A stretch of 64,000 nt of DNA from assembly GCA_963789265.1 (NCBI GenBank), contig CAWBKB010000005.1, positions 416,001 to 480,000 on the forward strand, written 5' to 3'. Both the position numbers and the translations under genes were made by a program. Within the stretch, counting starts at the first letter, position 1; every line of letters starts with the position of its first letter. The DNA is from an uncultured delta proteobacterium (GTDB taxonomy: Bacteria; Desulfobacterota; Desulfomonilia; Desulfomonilales; Desulfomonilaceae). This document shows, piece by piece, positions 20,978 to 31,974 of the stretch. A model generated the notes under the pieces. It saw only the letters and a program-made list of their open reading frames with translations, did not search any database and had not been told where the DNA came from.

Positions 20978-21127
20978 ATAGTGGTCTCAGTTGTCAGTCG
21001 ATCAGAAGCTGTGAGAGTGATCGATATCCCCTCCCTCAACCTCTTCCGGCACGGAAGGATAGAGGGCAGTCGGCTTTCCCTCGGCACCTGCTTTCGGGAT
21101 ACGTCTTCATGCCACCAAAACTTATGC

Positions 21128-22327
21128 TTAGCGCGCGGCGCCTGTTCGGAGTTTCTTTACGCGGTCCAGTATGAGATCAGCGACACGCTCCTTGGACATA
21201 ATATCCATCTGCTCTTCATCGCCGGACCGATGGAGAAAGCGCACGATATTGGTGTCGGAATCGAATCCTGCGCCCGGTTCGCTCACGTCATTTAGAACCA
21301 GCATGTCCAAGTTCTTATCTTTGAGCTTTGCTCTACCGTTCAGTAGCACGTCGTCCGTCTCGGCCGCAAAGCCAACGAGAATCTGATCCTTCCGCTTGAT
21401 CTGGCCAAGTTCACGCAGAATGTCCGGGTTCTGCACCAATCGGATCGAGGATTCAATCCGGTTCTTCTTCATCTTCCCCTTCCCCGGAAGAGCAGCGCGG
21501 AAATCCGCCACGGCCGCGGCCTTTATGACCACATCCATTTCGGGAAAGACTTTTAGGACCTGATCGTGCATCTCAATAGCGGTTCGCACATCGATCAGTT
21601 TAACTCCCGAAGGGGGAGGTACTTTCAACGGACCGGCGACCAGCGTCACTGACGCTCCGCGAGCAACAGCCCTCGCGGCAACTGCTACGCCCATCTTCCC
21701 TGACGACTTGTTGGTGAGGAATCGAACGGCGTCCAGGGGCTCTTCCGTGGGGCCTGCTGTGACAAGTATCCGTTCCCCCTGAAGGTCTCTGGGACCCAGG
21801 AGCTGCTGGATATTATCGGTGATCGTTTCGGGTTCCGGCATCCTGCCTTCCCCTTCCCAGCCGCATGCCAGGAATCCTGATACCGGCTGCATCACGTGGT
21901 AGCCCAACTCAAGCAGTTTGTCTATATTACCTTGCACAATCGGGTTGTGTAACATGTTTACGTTCATAGATGGACAAAGCAGGACCGGGCATTTTACGGC
22001 CATGAACACAGTAGTTAACATATCGTCGGCTATGCCTGACGCGATTTTGCCAATGATATTCGCGGTGGCTGGAGCGATAACCGCTACGTCTGCGATGTCC
22101 GCGAGAGAGATATGCTCTACGGAAGGGCGGAGCCGATCTCCCCACATGTCGTCGAACACGGGATTCCCGGTGAGCGTGGCAAGGGTCAGCGGCGTGACGA
22201 AGCGTGTGGCAGCCCGAGTCATAACGATATGCACGTTGAGGCCTGCCTGAGCGAGAAGGCGAACGAGTAGAGGCGTCTTGTAGGCTGCTATCCCACCGCT
22301 AATCCCCAGGAGAACGGAGGCACCCAT
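21128..22327 (-). CDS. coaBC: Bifunctional phosphopantothenoylcysteine decarboxylase/synthetase
   Basis: GISGGIAAYK, APATAN, PSMNVNM, LACG, TAGPTEEPLDAVRFLTNKSSGKMG, VGFAAET. Confidence 0.95.
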   Translation of the reverse strand: MGASVLLGISGGIAAYKTPLLVRLLAQAGLNVHIVMTRAATRFVTPLTLATLTGNPVFDDMWGDRLRPSVEHISLADIADVAVIAPATANIIGKIASGIADDMLTTVFMAVKCPVLLCPSMNVNMLHNPIVQGNIDKLLELGYHVMQPVSGFLACGWEGEGRMPEPETITDNIQQLLGPRDLQGERILVTAGPTEEPLDAVRFLTNKSSGKMGVAVAARAVARGASVTLVAGPLKVPPPSGVKLIDVRTAIEMHDQVLKVFPEMDVVIKAAAVADFRAALPGKGKMKKNRIESSIRLVQNPDILRELGQIKRKDQILVGFAAETDDVLLNGRAKLKDKNLDMLVLNDVSEPGAGFDSDTNIVRFLHRSGDEEQMDIMSKERVADLILDRVKKLRTGAAR

Positions 22328-22657
22328 AGTTCAATACCTTATGAATAGACAGTTGCGCCTTTTCTACCGTGTGCGCAAAATCTTTAACTCTAGACCGTTA
22401 CGATCATCCCGGCACTTTGAGAGCGGGCCATCGCCTCTATTTGCCGTTACATTCGGAATGTCAATACGGGGATATTGACCCCCCAGGCCAAAATCATCGT
22501 TCCTTACCTTGTATAACAACAGCTTGGTGGGGTGTCAACGGCTGCAGTAACGGACTTCACATGCCCACTGTCCTGTTGACACGCGCTCATGGCACGTGTA
22601 ATGAATAATTACCGGAAATGGAAGTGGCGGTCGGCCGCCTTTGTCGGCATTTTAAGT

Positions 22658-22734
<77 letters not shown>

Positions 22735-23296
22735 AAGAGACAATAGGTCGGCAAGACCGTCTCGTGTTGACAGAAAAGCATCTCTTGTTCGCTTTTCGAG
22801 CATACCTTATCCCCCCGATAAAATTTTGTCCTTTTCAAAAATATTGCCGCCGCAGGTGTCAGGAGCTGGCGCCAACTGAGCTTGGTTGCCAATGGGGATC
22901 CTGGCCTATAACCTTCTCCACATCCTCAGGCAGTTCTTTCTAATGGGCGAAGGAGTAAAACGTTCGAGGGAATGACCCATCAAGCGTCTGATCAAAGTCG
23001 AAGTAAAATCGCGTGTCATGGCCGGAGGCGGCAAGTTCATGTGGCGTCTGCCTTCCCCTTGGCTCGATACTACCAAGCTGTGTTCGGGTGACGAGGGCGG
23101 TAAAAAAGTGTTGACGGAGTGGCGGAGGGTGACGTACGGTCGGAAACAGGATAAAAGTAGCCTTTTCATTAACGTGACGACCGTCTTGCCTTCGTCGGGT
23201 TGCGGGGCGACCTCTCTGCCCCTCAGGGCTGCCAAAACGGTCAAAATGGCAAGGCCGCCGCATAATTCCGATTAATTCACTCGAATTGGAGCGCTC

Positions 23297-23992
23297 GTGT
23301 TTTCTGAAAGCACCCGATTAATGGGCGTTATTATTATTTTTGGCCTCTTCACGTTGGGAATCGCGGCCACATGGATGTTCCATAGGACGGGATGGGACCT
23401 GTCATGGGCAGCCCGATGTTACACCCCCGGAGGGAACCTGGAAGGCTGGACCCATGGCCGTGACAAACTGTGGGCTCTACTTTTCCGGTACGGCGAGATT
23501 CCCACCGTCGTTCTCACGATGGTGGCAGTGGTGCTGTTGGTAACGGCCAAACTGGGAGCAGCGAATGAAGCATATACCAGGCCCTGTCTTGTTGTGATTC
23601 TTGCCGTGGTCCTCGGCCCGGCGATTGTGGTGAACAGCATCTTGAAGCCGGGCTGGGGACGTCCGCGGCCTGTCGAAGTGTCCAACTTGGGGGGAGATCG
23701 TGAGTACAGGGCGGTATGGCAACCGGGAGGCCCGGGCGCGGGGAAGTCGTTCCCATGCGGCCATTGCGCGATGGCCTATTCTCTCGCCTCGGGGGTCGCT
23801 TTTTACCCTGCACATCCAGTGGTCTCAGCCTGTATTCTTGTGGGCGTCATGGCGTACGGGACGCTCCTCGGAGTAGCCAGAGTAAGGCAGGGCGGTCATT
23901 TTCCCACAGATGTGCTCTGGTCGGGAATTTTGATTCTAATGATCGTGGCAACCCTCTACTTCCTGGTTTTGAGGATTCCGGAAAGCGTCTAA
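23297..23992 (+). CDS. PAP2 family membrane phosphatase
   Basis: KPGWGRPRP, SFPCGH, RVRQGGHFPTDV motifs. Confidence 0.88.
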   Translation: MFSESTRLMGVIIIFGLFTLGIAATWMFHRTGWDLSWAARCYTPGGNLEGWTHGRDKLWALLFRYGEIPTVVLTMVAVVLLVTAKLGAANEAYTRPCLVVILAVVLGPAIVVNSILKPGWGRPRPVEVSNLGGDREYRAVWQPGGPGAGKSFPCGHCAMAYSLASGVAFYPAHPVVSACILVGVMAYGTLLGVARVRQGGHFPTDVLWSGILILMIVATLYFLVLRIPESV

Positions 23993-24637
23993 ATCTCTAA
24001 ATCACCCCCATCAGGAGTCTGTAAAGGGGACAGAGCCCCGCGTCCCCTCATCACCATCTGCCATGACCGGTTTTGCAGGCGGGTCGATGGTAGCTCACGC
24101 TCATTGTGCCCGGGATTCGCTCCCGGTCTCCGGTCGCGGCTCGTGGTTGCCGCACTGCTCTGCTAACCTCATCCCTTCTTAGGATTTAGGACATCGCCGC
24201 GCTGAGTTTCAACACCTAAGCTTATGACGAAAGACTTTTTGCTAAATCTTCTCAGTTGAAATCTCCTCCAAATTTCCATTTTCAGATCGGGGTAATGGAT
24301 CTGGTAGGGGGCAGTTTTAGCTTCGCTTTCCCATGGTTCCATGCCTGGTGCTGCATGTCCAATCTGTATCCCGGCAGGACAGACGGATCGGAGGGCCTTG
24401 AGGGCAACCCCCGACTTGAAAGATTATCTTCAGTCAGGTTACCGACAGTCCCTCGCTGAAGAGGGAACTTGACAAGTATCGCCCGATAGCAAAAAATATA
24501 TTATATTTGCAATCGGAACCAGTCTAACCTAATTATTGTTATTATTAATAGGTTAAGCGCATTGAATAGAGGTGTTTTTGACCAAGAAAGCCAAATATGT
24601 GGGGGCAAGCGGGGCACGAGGCCAACTCGAAAACCCT

Positions 24638-26890
24638 ATGCTGGCATCGGATCTGGACATAGTTTACGTAGGAACATTTGTCCCGAAAAGATGCGGAATT
24701 GCAACATTCACTAACGATCTTGCAGCCTCGGTATCCGAAGAAATGGGTGGCAGGCCCTACCGAGTTGTTGCTTTGACCGACCGGGCAGGCGCGTACGATT
24801 ATCCTTCTCAGGTCACGTTTGAGATTCGTCAGAATGTGATTCGTGATTACGCTCTGGCCGCAGAGTATCTTAACGGGTCGTCAGCCCAGATAGTCAGTTT
24901 ACAGCACGAGTTCGGGATCTTTGGAGGTGAGGCCGGCAAGTACCTTTCAGTGTTGTTGTGCCATCTCAAAAAGCCCGTAGTGACGACTCTCCATACCATT
25001 CTAGAGAATCCTCTCAAAGACTACCGGGAAGCATTTGAAGATGTGATAACCTGTTCTCAGAGACTTGTTACCATGAGCGAAAGGGGCTCCAGGATGCTCC
25101 AGAATATATACGGCGTTCCTGAGAGCAAGATATCTGTGATACATCATGGCGTCCACGATGTTCCTTTTGTCGATTCCAATTTCTATAAGGAAAAATTTAA
25201 TGTAGAAGGTTTGACCGTTCTTCTCACCTTCGGATTGCTTAGCCCTAATAAGGGGATAGAAACCGCCCTAGAAGCCCTTCCTGCGGTTGTGGACCAATAC
25301 CCTAACACCGTCTACATCATTCTGGGAGCTACTCATCCTGAAGTGAAGAAAGTATACGGCGAAGAATATCGCTTGTCACTGGAACGAAAAGCCAGGGACC
25401 TGCATATTGCGAATAACATTGTATTCCAAAATAGATATGTCGATCTACAGGAATTGACAGAATATATTTCTTGCTGTGATATTTACTTAACACCATATTT
25501 GGCAAAAGAACAGATAACTTCCGGAACACTGGCTTATGCTGTAGGAATGGGCAAGGCCGTAGTTTCTACCCCCTATTGGTACGCCGAAGAGCTTCTCTCG
25601 GATTCACGCGGGGTTTTGGTAGACTTCCGCGATGTGAAAGGCATGGCCAATGCACTGAATGATCTAATAGGCGATTCTGTGAGCCGCAACAGGATGAGGA
25701 AGTCTGCCTATGAATACGGGCGGACAATGGTATGGCGTGAGGTTGGGCGCCGGTACGTGGAAATGAATCTGGAAGTGTTACGAGAGCGGGAGAGTCTGGA
25801 CGTCGGATCCGTCTGGAAGCAGAAGATGCTGCCCCAGACCGCTGTCCCCGAGTTGAAACTCGATCATCTGATTTCTCTATCCGATAACGTCGGTTTGTTG
25901 CAACATGCTTGTTACGGCATACCTGATCGCGATCATGGTTACAGCGCCGATGATGTCGGTCGAGGACTTGCGGCAATCATGACGCTTTACAATCAGGAGA
26001 AGGACGAGCAAGTCCTCCCCTGGATCCGAACTTATGTCAGCTTTTTGAAGCATTCACAGACGGAAACAGGACACTTCCACAATTTCATGTCGTACGATCG
26101 AAGATTCCAAGACGAACAGGGGAGCGAGGACACGCTCGGCAGGGTACTTTGGGGCCTGGGCACTGTTGTCAGGTGGGGCCCCAAGGAGCAGATACGTGCA
26201 TTGGCTCAAGATATGATGCACAAGGCAGCACCCAGAGTATCGGAGCTTCAGGCGCCCAGGGCCATAGCTTATAGCATGGTAGGCATTGACCACCTCTTGC
26301 AAAAATTTCAGGGGGCAAGCCAATTCAGGCGGCTCTTGGTGCAATTGGCTGACAAGTTGGTCAGTCTCTATAAGGAAACAAGAACGGTCGACTGGCACTG
26401 GTTCGAGGATGCAATAACTTACGGAAATGCTAAAATGAGTGAGGCGCTGCTGAGAGCTTACCAGGTAACCAAAAACGAAGATTACCTGAACGTTGCTCTG
26501 GAATCGCTAGATTTTCTTACTAAAGAACAGTGGAATGGAGTATATTTTGAGCTTGTCGGCAATGATGGTTGGTATCCGAAAGGCGGAGAACGGGCCTTTT
26601 TTGGACAACAACCCGTAGATGCCGGGTACCTCGTTGAAGCTTACGTTGCAGCTTCCGAAGTGAGCGACAAATTCAAATACCTGGAGTTGGCCCGGCTTGC
26701 TTTTGAATGGTTCCTGGGACGAAACAGACTTAATGCTGCTCTTTACGATTTTGCAGACGGCTCCGTGGCGGACGGGATAGACTCCAACGGAATCAGTGCC
26801 AATCAAGGCGCAGAATCGGTGGTGTGCTATCTGCTTGCAGTTCTGAGTCTTTCTCAACTGAAAGCTCAGCGGATTCAGACTTCTTGGTGA
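24638..26890 (+). CDS. GT4 glycosyltransferase with a C-terminal glycosidase-like (alpha/alpha barrel) domain
   Basis: CGIATF, LQHEFGIFGG, TFGLLSPNKG, SGTLAYA; C-terminal GYSADD...GHFHNF...NQGAES. Start could be 24572. Confidence 0.85.
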   Translation: MLASDLDIVYVGTFVPKRCGIATFTNDLAASVSEEMGGRPYRVVALTDRAGAYDYPSQVTFEIRQNVIRDYALAAEYLNGSSAQIVSLQHEFGIFGGEAGKYLSVLLCHLKKPVVTTLHTILENPLKDYREAFEDVITCSQRLVTMSERGSRMLQNIYGVPESKISVIHHGVHDVPFVDSNFYKEKFNVEGLTVLLTFGLLSPNKGIETALEALPAVVDQYPNTVYIILGATHPEVKKVYGEEYRLSLERKARDLHIANNIVFQNRYVDLQELTEYISCCDIYLTPYLAKEQITSGTLAYAVGMGKAVVSTPYWYAEELLSDSRGVLVDFRDVKGMANALNDLIGDSVSRNRMRKSAYEYGRTMVWREVGRRYVEMNLEVLRERESLDVGSVWKQKMLPQTAVPELKLDHLISLSDNVGLLQHACYGIPDRDHGYSADDVGRGLAAIMTLYNQEKDEQVLPWIRTYVSFLKHSQTETGHFHNFMSYDRRFQDEQGSEDTLGRVLWGLGTVVRWGPKEQIRALAQDMMHKAAPRVSELQAPRAIAYSMVGIDHLLQKFQGASQFRRLLVQLADKLVSLYKETRTVDWHWFEDAITYGNAKMSEALLRAYQVTKNEDYLNVALESLDFLTKEQWNGVYFELVGNDGWYPKGGERAFFGQQPVDAGYLVEAYVAASEVSDKFKYLELARLAFEWFLGRNRLNAALYDFADGSVADGIDSNGISANQGAESVVCYLLAVLSLSQLKAQRIQTSW

Positions 26891-27189
26891 GAACCTACCT
26901 GCTCGCACGCTGTCTCAATATTGGTGATGAATATCTCCAACGGCTATTCGCTGAGTTAGCAGCCATGAAGTCTTGCTGTAACTTGCCTTCCTAACGAATG
27001 CTGCCCATGGTGTTTACCTCTTGTAAAGGGAACGCCTTTCAGCTAAAAGCCCCAAGAGCAATGATACACGCCCCGCGACGGGCATGCCGCGTCGCCGATA
27101 AAATCAAAGACACTCGCTCGCGCTTCGAGGCCGCAAATTTGATTCACTTGCGAGAAGCTAAGCGCTGGAAATAGAGAAAGGGATTTTCG

Positions 27190-28422
27190 ATGAGCGATTC
27201 AGCTCCAATAGTGATTATTTCAAGCTATCCGCCCCGTCTGTGTGGAATCGCTACTTTCGCTGAGGAAGCAAGGGAATTCATCCAGAAGGCTAATCCGGAC
27301 AGAGAAGTGCTCGTAATAAGCCACACGGACGGTCAAGGGGACGGCGTCTTTCCTATCATTGATATGACCCGTCGCGATTGGTGGAAGACCGTAGCAAGAA
27401 AGGTTTATGAACTACGTCCGCACGCTGTCCATCTGGAACATGAGTATGGTCTCTATGAGTATTACGACTCGAGAGGGCAAGGAGATGGAAACGAAGGGTT
27501 CCTGGACTTGCTAGAGGCAATCAATGATTTTCCCACGGTTGTAGAACCGCATACAGTCCACGGCAGACTGACGAATTTTGAGGCGAATTTCATTTACCGA
27601 ATGTGCGAGAGGGCAGGGGTGGTCCTGTTTAAGTGCCATTATCAGAAATGGCGATTGGAATGGAATTTCGTGGGGCGCGGATGGCAAACCCCGAGGAACG
27701 TCATGGTAGTTCCTCACGGAGCCAGGCCTGATAAGCGCTGGGGAATTGAGGATGTTCCTATCCTCAGGCAAGAGCTGGGCTTGGACAAGGTTCCATGGCT
27801 TGGCAAACACCTTGTGGGCATGGTCGGATGGATACAGTCCAACAAGCGATGGGACATTTTGACTTCCATGTGGGAAGACATTCATGCCCAGATCCTTGCT
27901 GAATCAGGACATGACTGGGATCTCTTAGCCGCAGGTTCCATGAGAGATCCTAATCACTTGTCAGACTTCAATCACTACCGTGAGCAATTGAAGGTTCTGG
28001 AAGGGAAAGAGCTTGCCCACTACTTTGAGTTTGTCCCGCGTGGAGAAATCTATTACAAAGTTATGGCGATCTGTGATTTCATAGTCTTGCCTTCTACTGA
28101 CGAGACGCAATCCGGAACACTCGCGCGTATTATTGCTCTCAACAAACCGTATATAACCACCGCCCCCATGGAGGGATTGACGGCTCAGACATTGGAGAGT
28201 GATGGTGGATTGTTGTTCACCACGAAAAAAATGCTGAGAGAACAGGTCATCAAAATGGCTTGCGACGAAGAATTGCGTCTGCGTCTGGGCGAAAATCTCA
28301 AGACATATCTTGACGAGGTCGTTTCCTGGGAACTGGTGGCAAACCAATATAACGAGGCATACGAGTTGGCCCGACTATCGGTGGTCAGCGGGCGGCCGGT
28401 TGAGCTTCCACTTGAATTCTAA
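27190..28422 (+). CDS. GT4-like glycosyltransferase
   Basis: YPPRLCGIATF, HLEHEYGLY, SGTLAR; paralogous to the N-terminal half of the upstream GT4. Confidence 0.8.
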   Translation: MSDSAPIVIISSYPPRLCGIATFAEEAREFIQKANPDREVLVISHTDGQGDGVFPIIDMTRRDWWKTVARKVYELRPHAVHLEHEYGLYEYYDSRGQGDGNEGFLDLLEAINDFPTVVEPHTVHGRLTNFEANFIYRMCERAGVVLFKCHYQKWRLEWNFVGRGWQTPRNVMVVPHGARPDKRWGIEDVPILRQELGLDKVPWLGKHLVGMVGWIQSNKRWDILTSMWEDIHAQILAESGHDWDLLAAGSMRDPNHLSDFNHYREQLKVLEGKELAHYFEFVPRGEIYYKVMAICDFIVLPSTDETQSGTLARIIALNKPYITTAPMEGLTAQTLESDGGLLFTTKKMLREQVIKMACDEELRLRLGENLKTYLDEVVSWELVANQYNEAYELARLSVVSGRPVELPLEF

Positions 28423-29414
28423 TGAACTTATTTGAGGACGTCTCAAACATGAGATATGCACTTGAGGGCTGTCATCTTGAGTTGTTCAAGAGATATGAAG
28501 CAAATCCAATTCTCACCTGTCGAGATTGGCCCTACCCTGTTAATTCGGTGTTTAATCCAGGTGCCGTGTCAGTCGACGGTCGGTCGCTACTTTTAGCTCG
28601 GGTGGAAGACAAGCGCGGATTCTCCCATCTATGCGTGGCTCGCAGCAGCGACGGAATTACCGACTGGGCAATCGATCAGCAGCCGTCACTCGAGCCGCGG
28701 CCTGAGACGTACCCCGAAGAGATCTGGGGAATAGAAGACCCGCGCGTGACAAGGATAGATGAACTCGGGCTGTGGGTGATAACCTACACTGCCTATTCGA
28801 CGGCTGGTCCTCTGGTTTCTCTTGCCACAACGCCGGACTTTGTCAACTTTGACAGGCGCGGCACCGTCATGCCGCCAGAGGACAAAGATGCTGCGCTTTT
28901 TCCCGTGAAATTCAAAGGTCGCTACGCGATGCTTCACCGGCCTGTTTCAACATTCCTCGGAACGGGCGCACACATCTGGATTTCATTTTCTCCGGATTTG
29001 AAGCACTGGGGAGATCATCAGATAGTGCTCCCCGCGAGACGAGGCGGATGGTGGGACGCCAACAAGATCGGTCTCTCGCCGCCTCCCCTTCAAACTCCCG
29101 AAGGATGGCTGATCCTTTACCACGGCGTACGCGAAACCGCGGGCGGAAGCATTTACCGGCTTGGATTGGCTCTTTTGGATCTGGAGAACCCGACTCACGT
29201 GCTCAGGCGATCAGACGAGTGGGTCTTTGCGCCCGACGCTCCCTATGAGCGAGACGGGGATGTGGGCCAAGTGGTATTTCCGTGCGGATGGATTGCCCAG
29301 GGCAATGAAATCAGGCTATACTATGGTGGGGCTGATACGTGTATAGCTCTAGCTACCGCTAATTTGAGCGATTTATTGGAATTTGTAAAGAATTGTCCGG
29401 AAGGAAGTAGTTAA
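28422..29414 (+). CDS. GH130 family glycosidase/beta-mannoside phosphorylase
   Basis: NPIL, VFNPGAV, GIEDPRV, DKDAALFP, WLILYHGV, VVFPCG, YYGGADT. Confidence 0.9.
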   Translation: MNLFEDVSNMRYALEGCHLELFKRYEANPILTCRDWPYPVNSVFNPGAVSVDGRSLLLARVEDKRGFSHLCVARSSDGITDWAIDQQPSLEPRPETYPEEIWGIEDPRVTRIDELGLWVITYTAYSTAGPLVSLATTPDFVNFDRRGTVMPPEDKDAALFPVKFKGRYAMLHRPVSTFLGTGAHIWISFSPDLKHWGDHQIVLPARRGGWWDANKIGLSPPPLQTPEGWLILYHGVRETAGGSIYRLGLALLDLENPTHVLRRSDEWVFAPDAPYERDGDVGQVVFPCGWIAQGNEIRLYYGGADTCIALATANLSDLLEFVKNCPEGSS

Positions 29415-29440
29415 GACTAATTAAGTACGGAGGCCAGGGA

Positions 29441-30793
29441 ATGCGTGTAGCAATGTTGTCCCCCATCGCCTGGCGGACCCCTCCTCGACACTACGGCCCA
29501 TGGGAGAGAGTGGCTTCGCTCTTGACCGAAGGGCTAGTTGCTCGGGGAGTCGATGTCACTCTGTTCGCAACGGCCGATTCAGAAACAAAAGGCAAGCTAC
29601 ATTCAATTGTCCCAAGGCCTTACGAGGAAGACAAAAGGCTCGATCCTAAAGTATGGGAGTGTCTTCACGCGAGCGAAGTCTTCGAGAGGGCCGTTGAGTT
29701 CGATTTGATCCATAATCATTACGATTTCTTGCCACTCACGTACTCCGGCCTCGTCGATACCCCGGTTCTAACGACCATTCACGGTTTTTCTTCACCGCAG
29801 ATTCTGCCTGTTTACAAGAAATACAACAAGAAAGCCTACTATGTGTCTATCAGCAACTCAGATCGGTCACCCGAACTTGACTACATTGCCACCGTGTATC
29901 ACGGCATCGATCTCGAAAACTTCACGCTGAACGAGGCCAAAGGGAAATACCTCTTATTTTTCGGCCGAATTCATCCTGACAAAGGCGTTCGGGAAGCAAT
30001 TGAAATTGCTAGACTGGCGGAGATGAACCTGACAATCGCGGGCATCATCCAGGACGAAGGATACTTTGATACTGAAATCGTTCCCCAACTGGATGGCGAC
30101 AGAGTTAAATACATAGGAAGCGTTGGCCCTCAGATGCGAAACACGCTTCTCGGGGAAGCCTACGCTCTCCTGCATCCGATACGATTTGACGAGCCGTTCG
30201 GTCTGTCGGTGGTCGAGAGCAATGCTTGCGGAACACCGGTGATCGCGTTCAACCGGGGCTCCATGCCGGAAATCATTGAAAACGGGCTCAACGGGTTCTT
30301 AGTTTCGGATGTGTCTCAGGCCGCGGAAGCAGTCGGCAAACTAGCGAATCTGTCCCGCAAAACATGCAGAGACGTGGCCGAGGAGCGATTCTCTAACGAT
30401 CGCATGGTTGAAGAGTACTTGAAGGTGTACGCCAATATTCTGGACGAAACCAAACGAGAGGATCATCGTCCGTGGGGGTATTATCAAGTGCTGTCTGACC
30501 TTCCGGATCACAAGGTGAAACGCATCGCGGTCTATCCGGGAAAGCGGCTGAGCCTCCAGCGACATCAGCGTCGGCGCGAGCACTGGACCGTTATACAGGG
30601 GACAGCTCAGGTGACACGCGACTCCGAGCAAATTGTTATGAAAGCGGGAGAGTCTGTGGATATCCCTCTGGGAGCTGTTCACCGCGTGTTCAATCCCGGT
30701 ACGGAATCGCTGGTTTTCATCGAAGTTCAGATGGGCGACTACTTTGGTGAGGATGATATAGAGCGCCTGGAAGACGACTTCGGAAGAATTTGA
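29441..30793 (+). CDS. GT4 glycosyltransferase fused to a C-terminal type II mannose-6-phosphate isomerase cupin
   Basis: PPRHYGPWE, EPFGLSVVESNACGTPV; then RPWGYY...LSLQRHQRRREHW...IEVQMGDYFGEDDIERLEDDFGR. Confidence 0.88.
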   Translation: MRVAMLSPIAWRTPPRHYGPWERVASLLTEGLVARGVDVTLFATADSETKGKLHSIVPRPYEEDKRLDPKVWECLHASEVFERAVEFDLIHNHYDFLPLTYSGLVDTPVLTTIHGFSSPQILPVYKKYNKKAYYVSISNSDRSPELDYIATVYHGIDLENFTLNEAKGKYLLFFGRIHPDKGVREAIEIARLAEMNLTIAGIIQDEGYFDTEIVPQLDGDRVKYIGSVGPQMRNTLLGEAYALLHPIRFDEPFGLSVVESNACGTPVIAFNRGSMPEIIENGLNGFLVSDVSQAAEAVGKLANLSRKTCRDVAEERFSNDRMVEEYLKVYANILDETKREDHRPWGYYQVLSDLPDHKVKRIAVYPGKRLSLQRHQRRREHWTVIQGTAQVTRDSEQIVMKAGESVDIPLGAVHRVFNPGTESLVFIEVQMGDYFGEDDIERLEDDFGRI

Positions 30794-31749
30794 CCACCTC
30801 CATGAAAGTGTCTGTCGAACGATCTCTTATCCGCCGATTTAGTGGGAATCCCATTCTTACGAAGGAGCAAGTCCCGTATCCGGTGGAGACCGTGCACAAT
30901 GCCGGAATGGTCAAAGCCGACGGCCGCTACATCATGGTGTTCCGATCGCACCTTCGAAACGGACGCTCGGTACTGGGTTTGGCGAGAAGCGAAGATGGAT
31001 TCCGCTTCGAGGTTGATTCTCGTCCCTTCATGGTTCCGAGCACCGACGGAGTTTTCGGAGAATATGAAGAGTTCGGAGTTGAAGATCCTCGAATCTGTGC
31101 AATAGACGGGGATTATCTTATCACGTACAGTGCTTATTCCAGACATGGTGTAAGAATCGGCCTGGCCCGAACAGCGGATTTCAAATCCGTGGAGCGAATT
31201 GCGCTCATCACCGAGGCGGATTACAGGAATGTCGTCATATTTCCTCAAAAATTCCATGATCGTTTTGTTCGGCTGGACCGGCCCCATTCGGAAATAAGTC
31301 CGTGGTCGATTTGGATTTCCTACTCTCCTGATCTCATACACTGGGGTGATTCAAAGGTCGTCATGAAACCGGTGCCTTATCACTGGGATCAGATGAAGAT
31401 CGGTCCCGGAGCGACGCCTTTTCGCACCGATAGAGGATGGCTTCACATTTATCACGGTGTTTATCAAACAATGGACGGCGCAATATATAGATTAGGAGCG
31501 GCCTTACACGATCTGGAAGATCCGTCGAAGATATTGGGCGTGGCAGACGAGTGGATTGTTCAACCTGAGGATCCGTGGGAAGTTACCGGTTATGTCCACA
31601 ACGTAGTATTCACTTGCGGAGCAATCCCGGAAGACGACGGCACAGTTAAAATCTATTGGGGAGGTGCTGACACGGTAATGTGCGTGGGCACTGCCCAAGT
31701 TGATGATCTGGTAAACCTCTGTTTGACCAAGGCCCAACCTGCCTACTAA
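30790..31749 (+). CDS. GH130 family glycosidase/beta-mannoside phosphorylase
   Basis: NPIL, VHNAG, GVEDPRI, RNVVIFP, KIGPG, NVVFTCG, YWGGADT. Confidence 0.9.
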   Translation: MTTSMKVSVERSLIRRFSGNPILTKEQVPYPVETVHNAGMVKADGRYIMVFRSHLRNGRSVLGLARSEDGFRFEVDSRPFMVPSTDGVFGEYEEFGVEDPRICAIDGDYLITYSAYSRHGVRIGLARTADFKSVERIALITEADYRNVVIFPQKFHDRFVRLDRPHSEISPWSIWISYSPDLIHWGDSKVVMKPVPYHWDQMKIGPGATPFRTDRGWLHIYHGVYQTMDGAIYRLGAALHDLEDPSKILGVADEWIVQPEDPWEVTGYVHNVVFTCGAIPEDDGTVKIYWGGADTVMCVGTAQVDDLVNLCLTKAQPAY

Positions 31750-31974
31750 TTTTGACTTTCTTAGAGTGATAGCGATCCCGGCTTCATTAGACGGAAGATC
31801 TTTGAGAGCCGGGTGCTGAGAGGATTGGGGAAACTGAACGAAGTTGAGCATCGCGGCAACTCCGGGCCGAGATAGTTGTCATAATAATCAGAAGAGTTCT
31901 TGATAAACGCACTAGGGGTTTTATTCCATGAGAAAGGGCCTCACAAAAGAGTGGCAAAGAAAGAAGTTGCCGTC

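Noticed and set aside
22735..23296. ORFs between tRNA-Arg and the PAP2 gene
   Set aside because: Mutually overlapping short ORFs with no motif or clear RBS; none can be supported.
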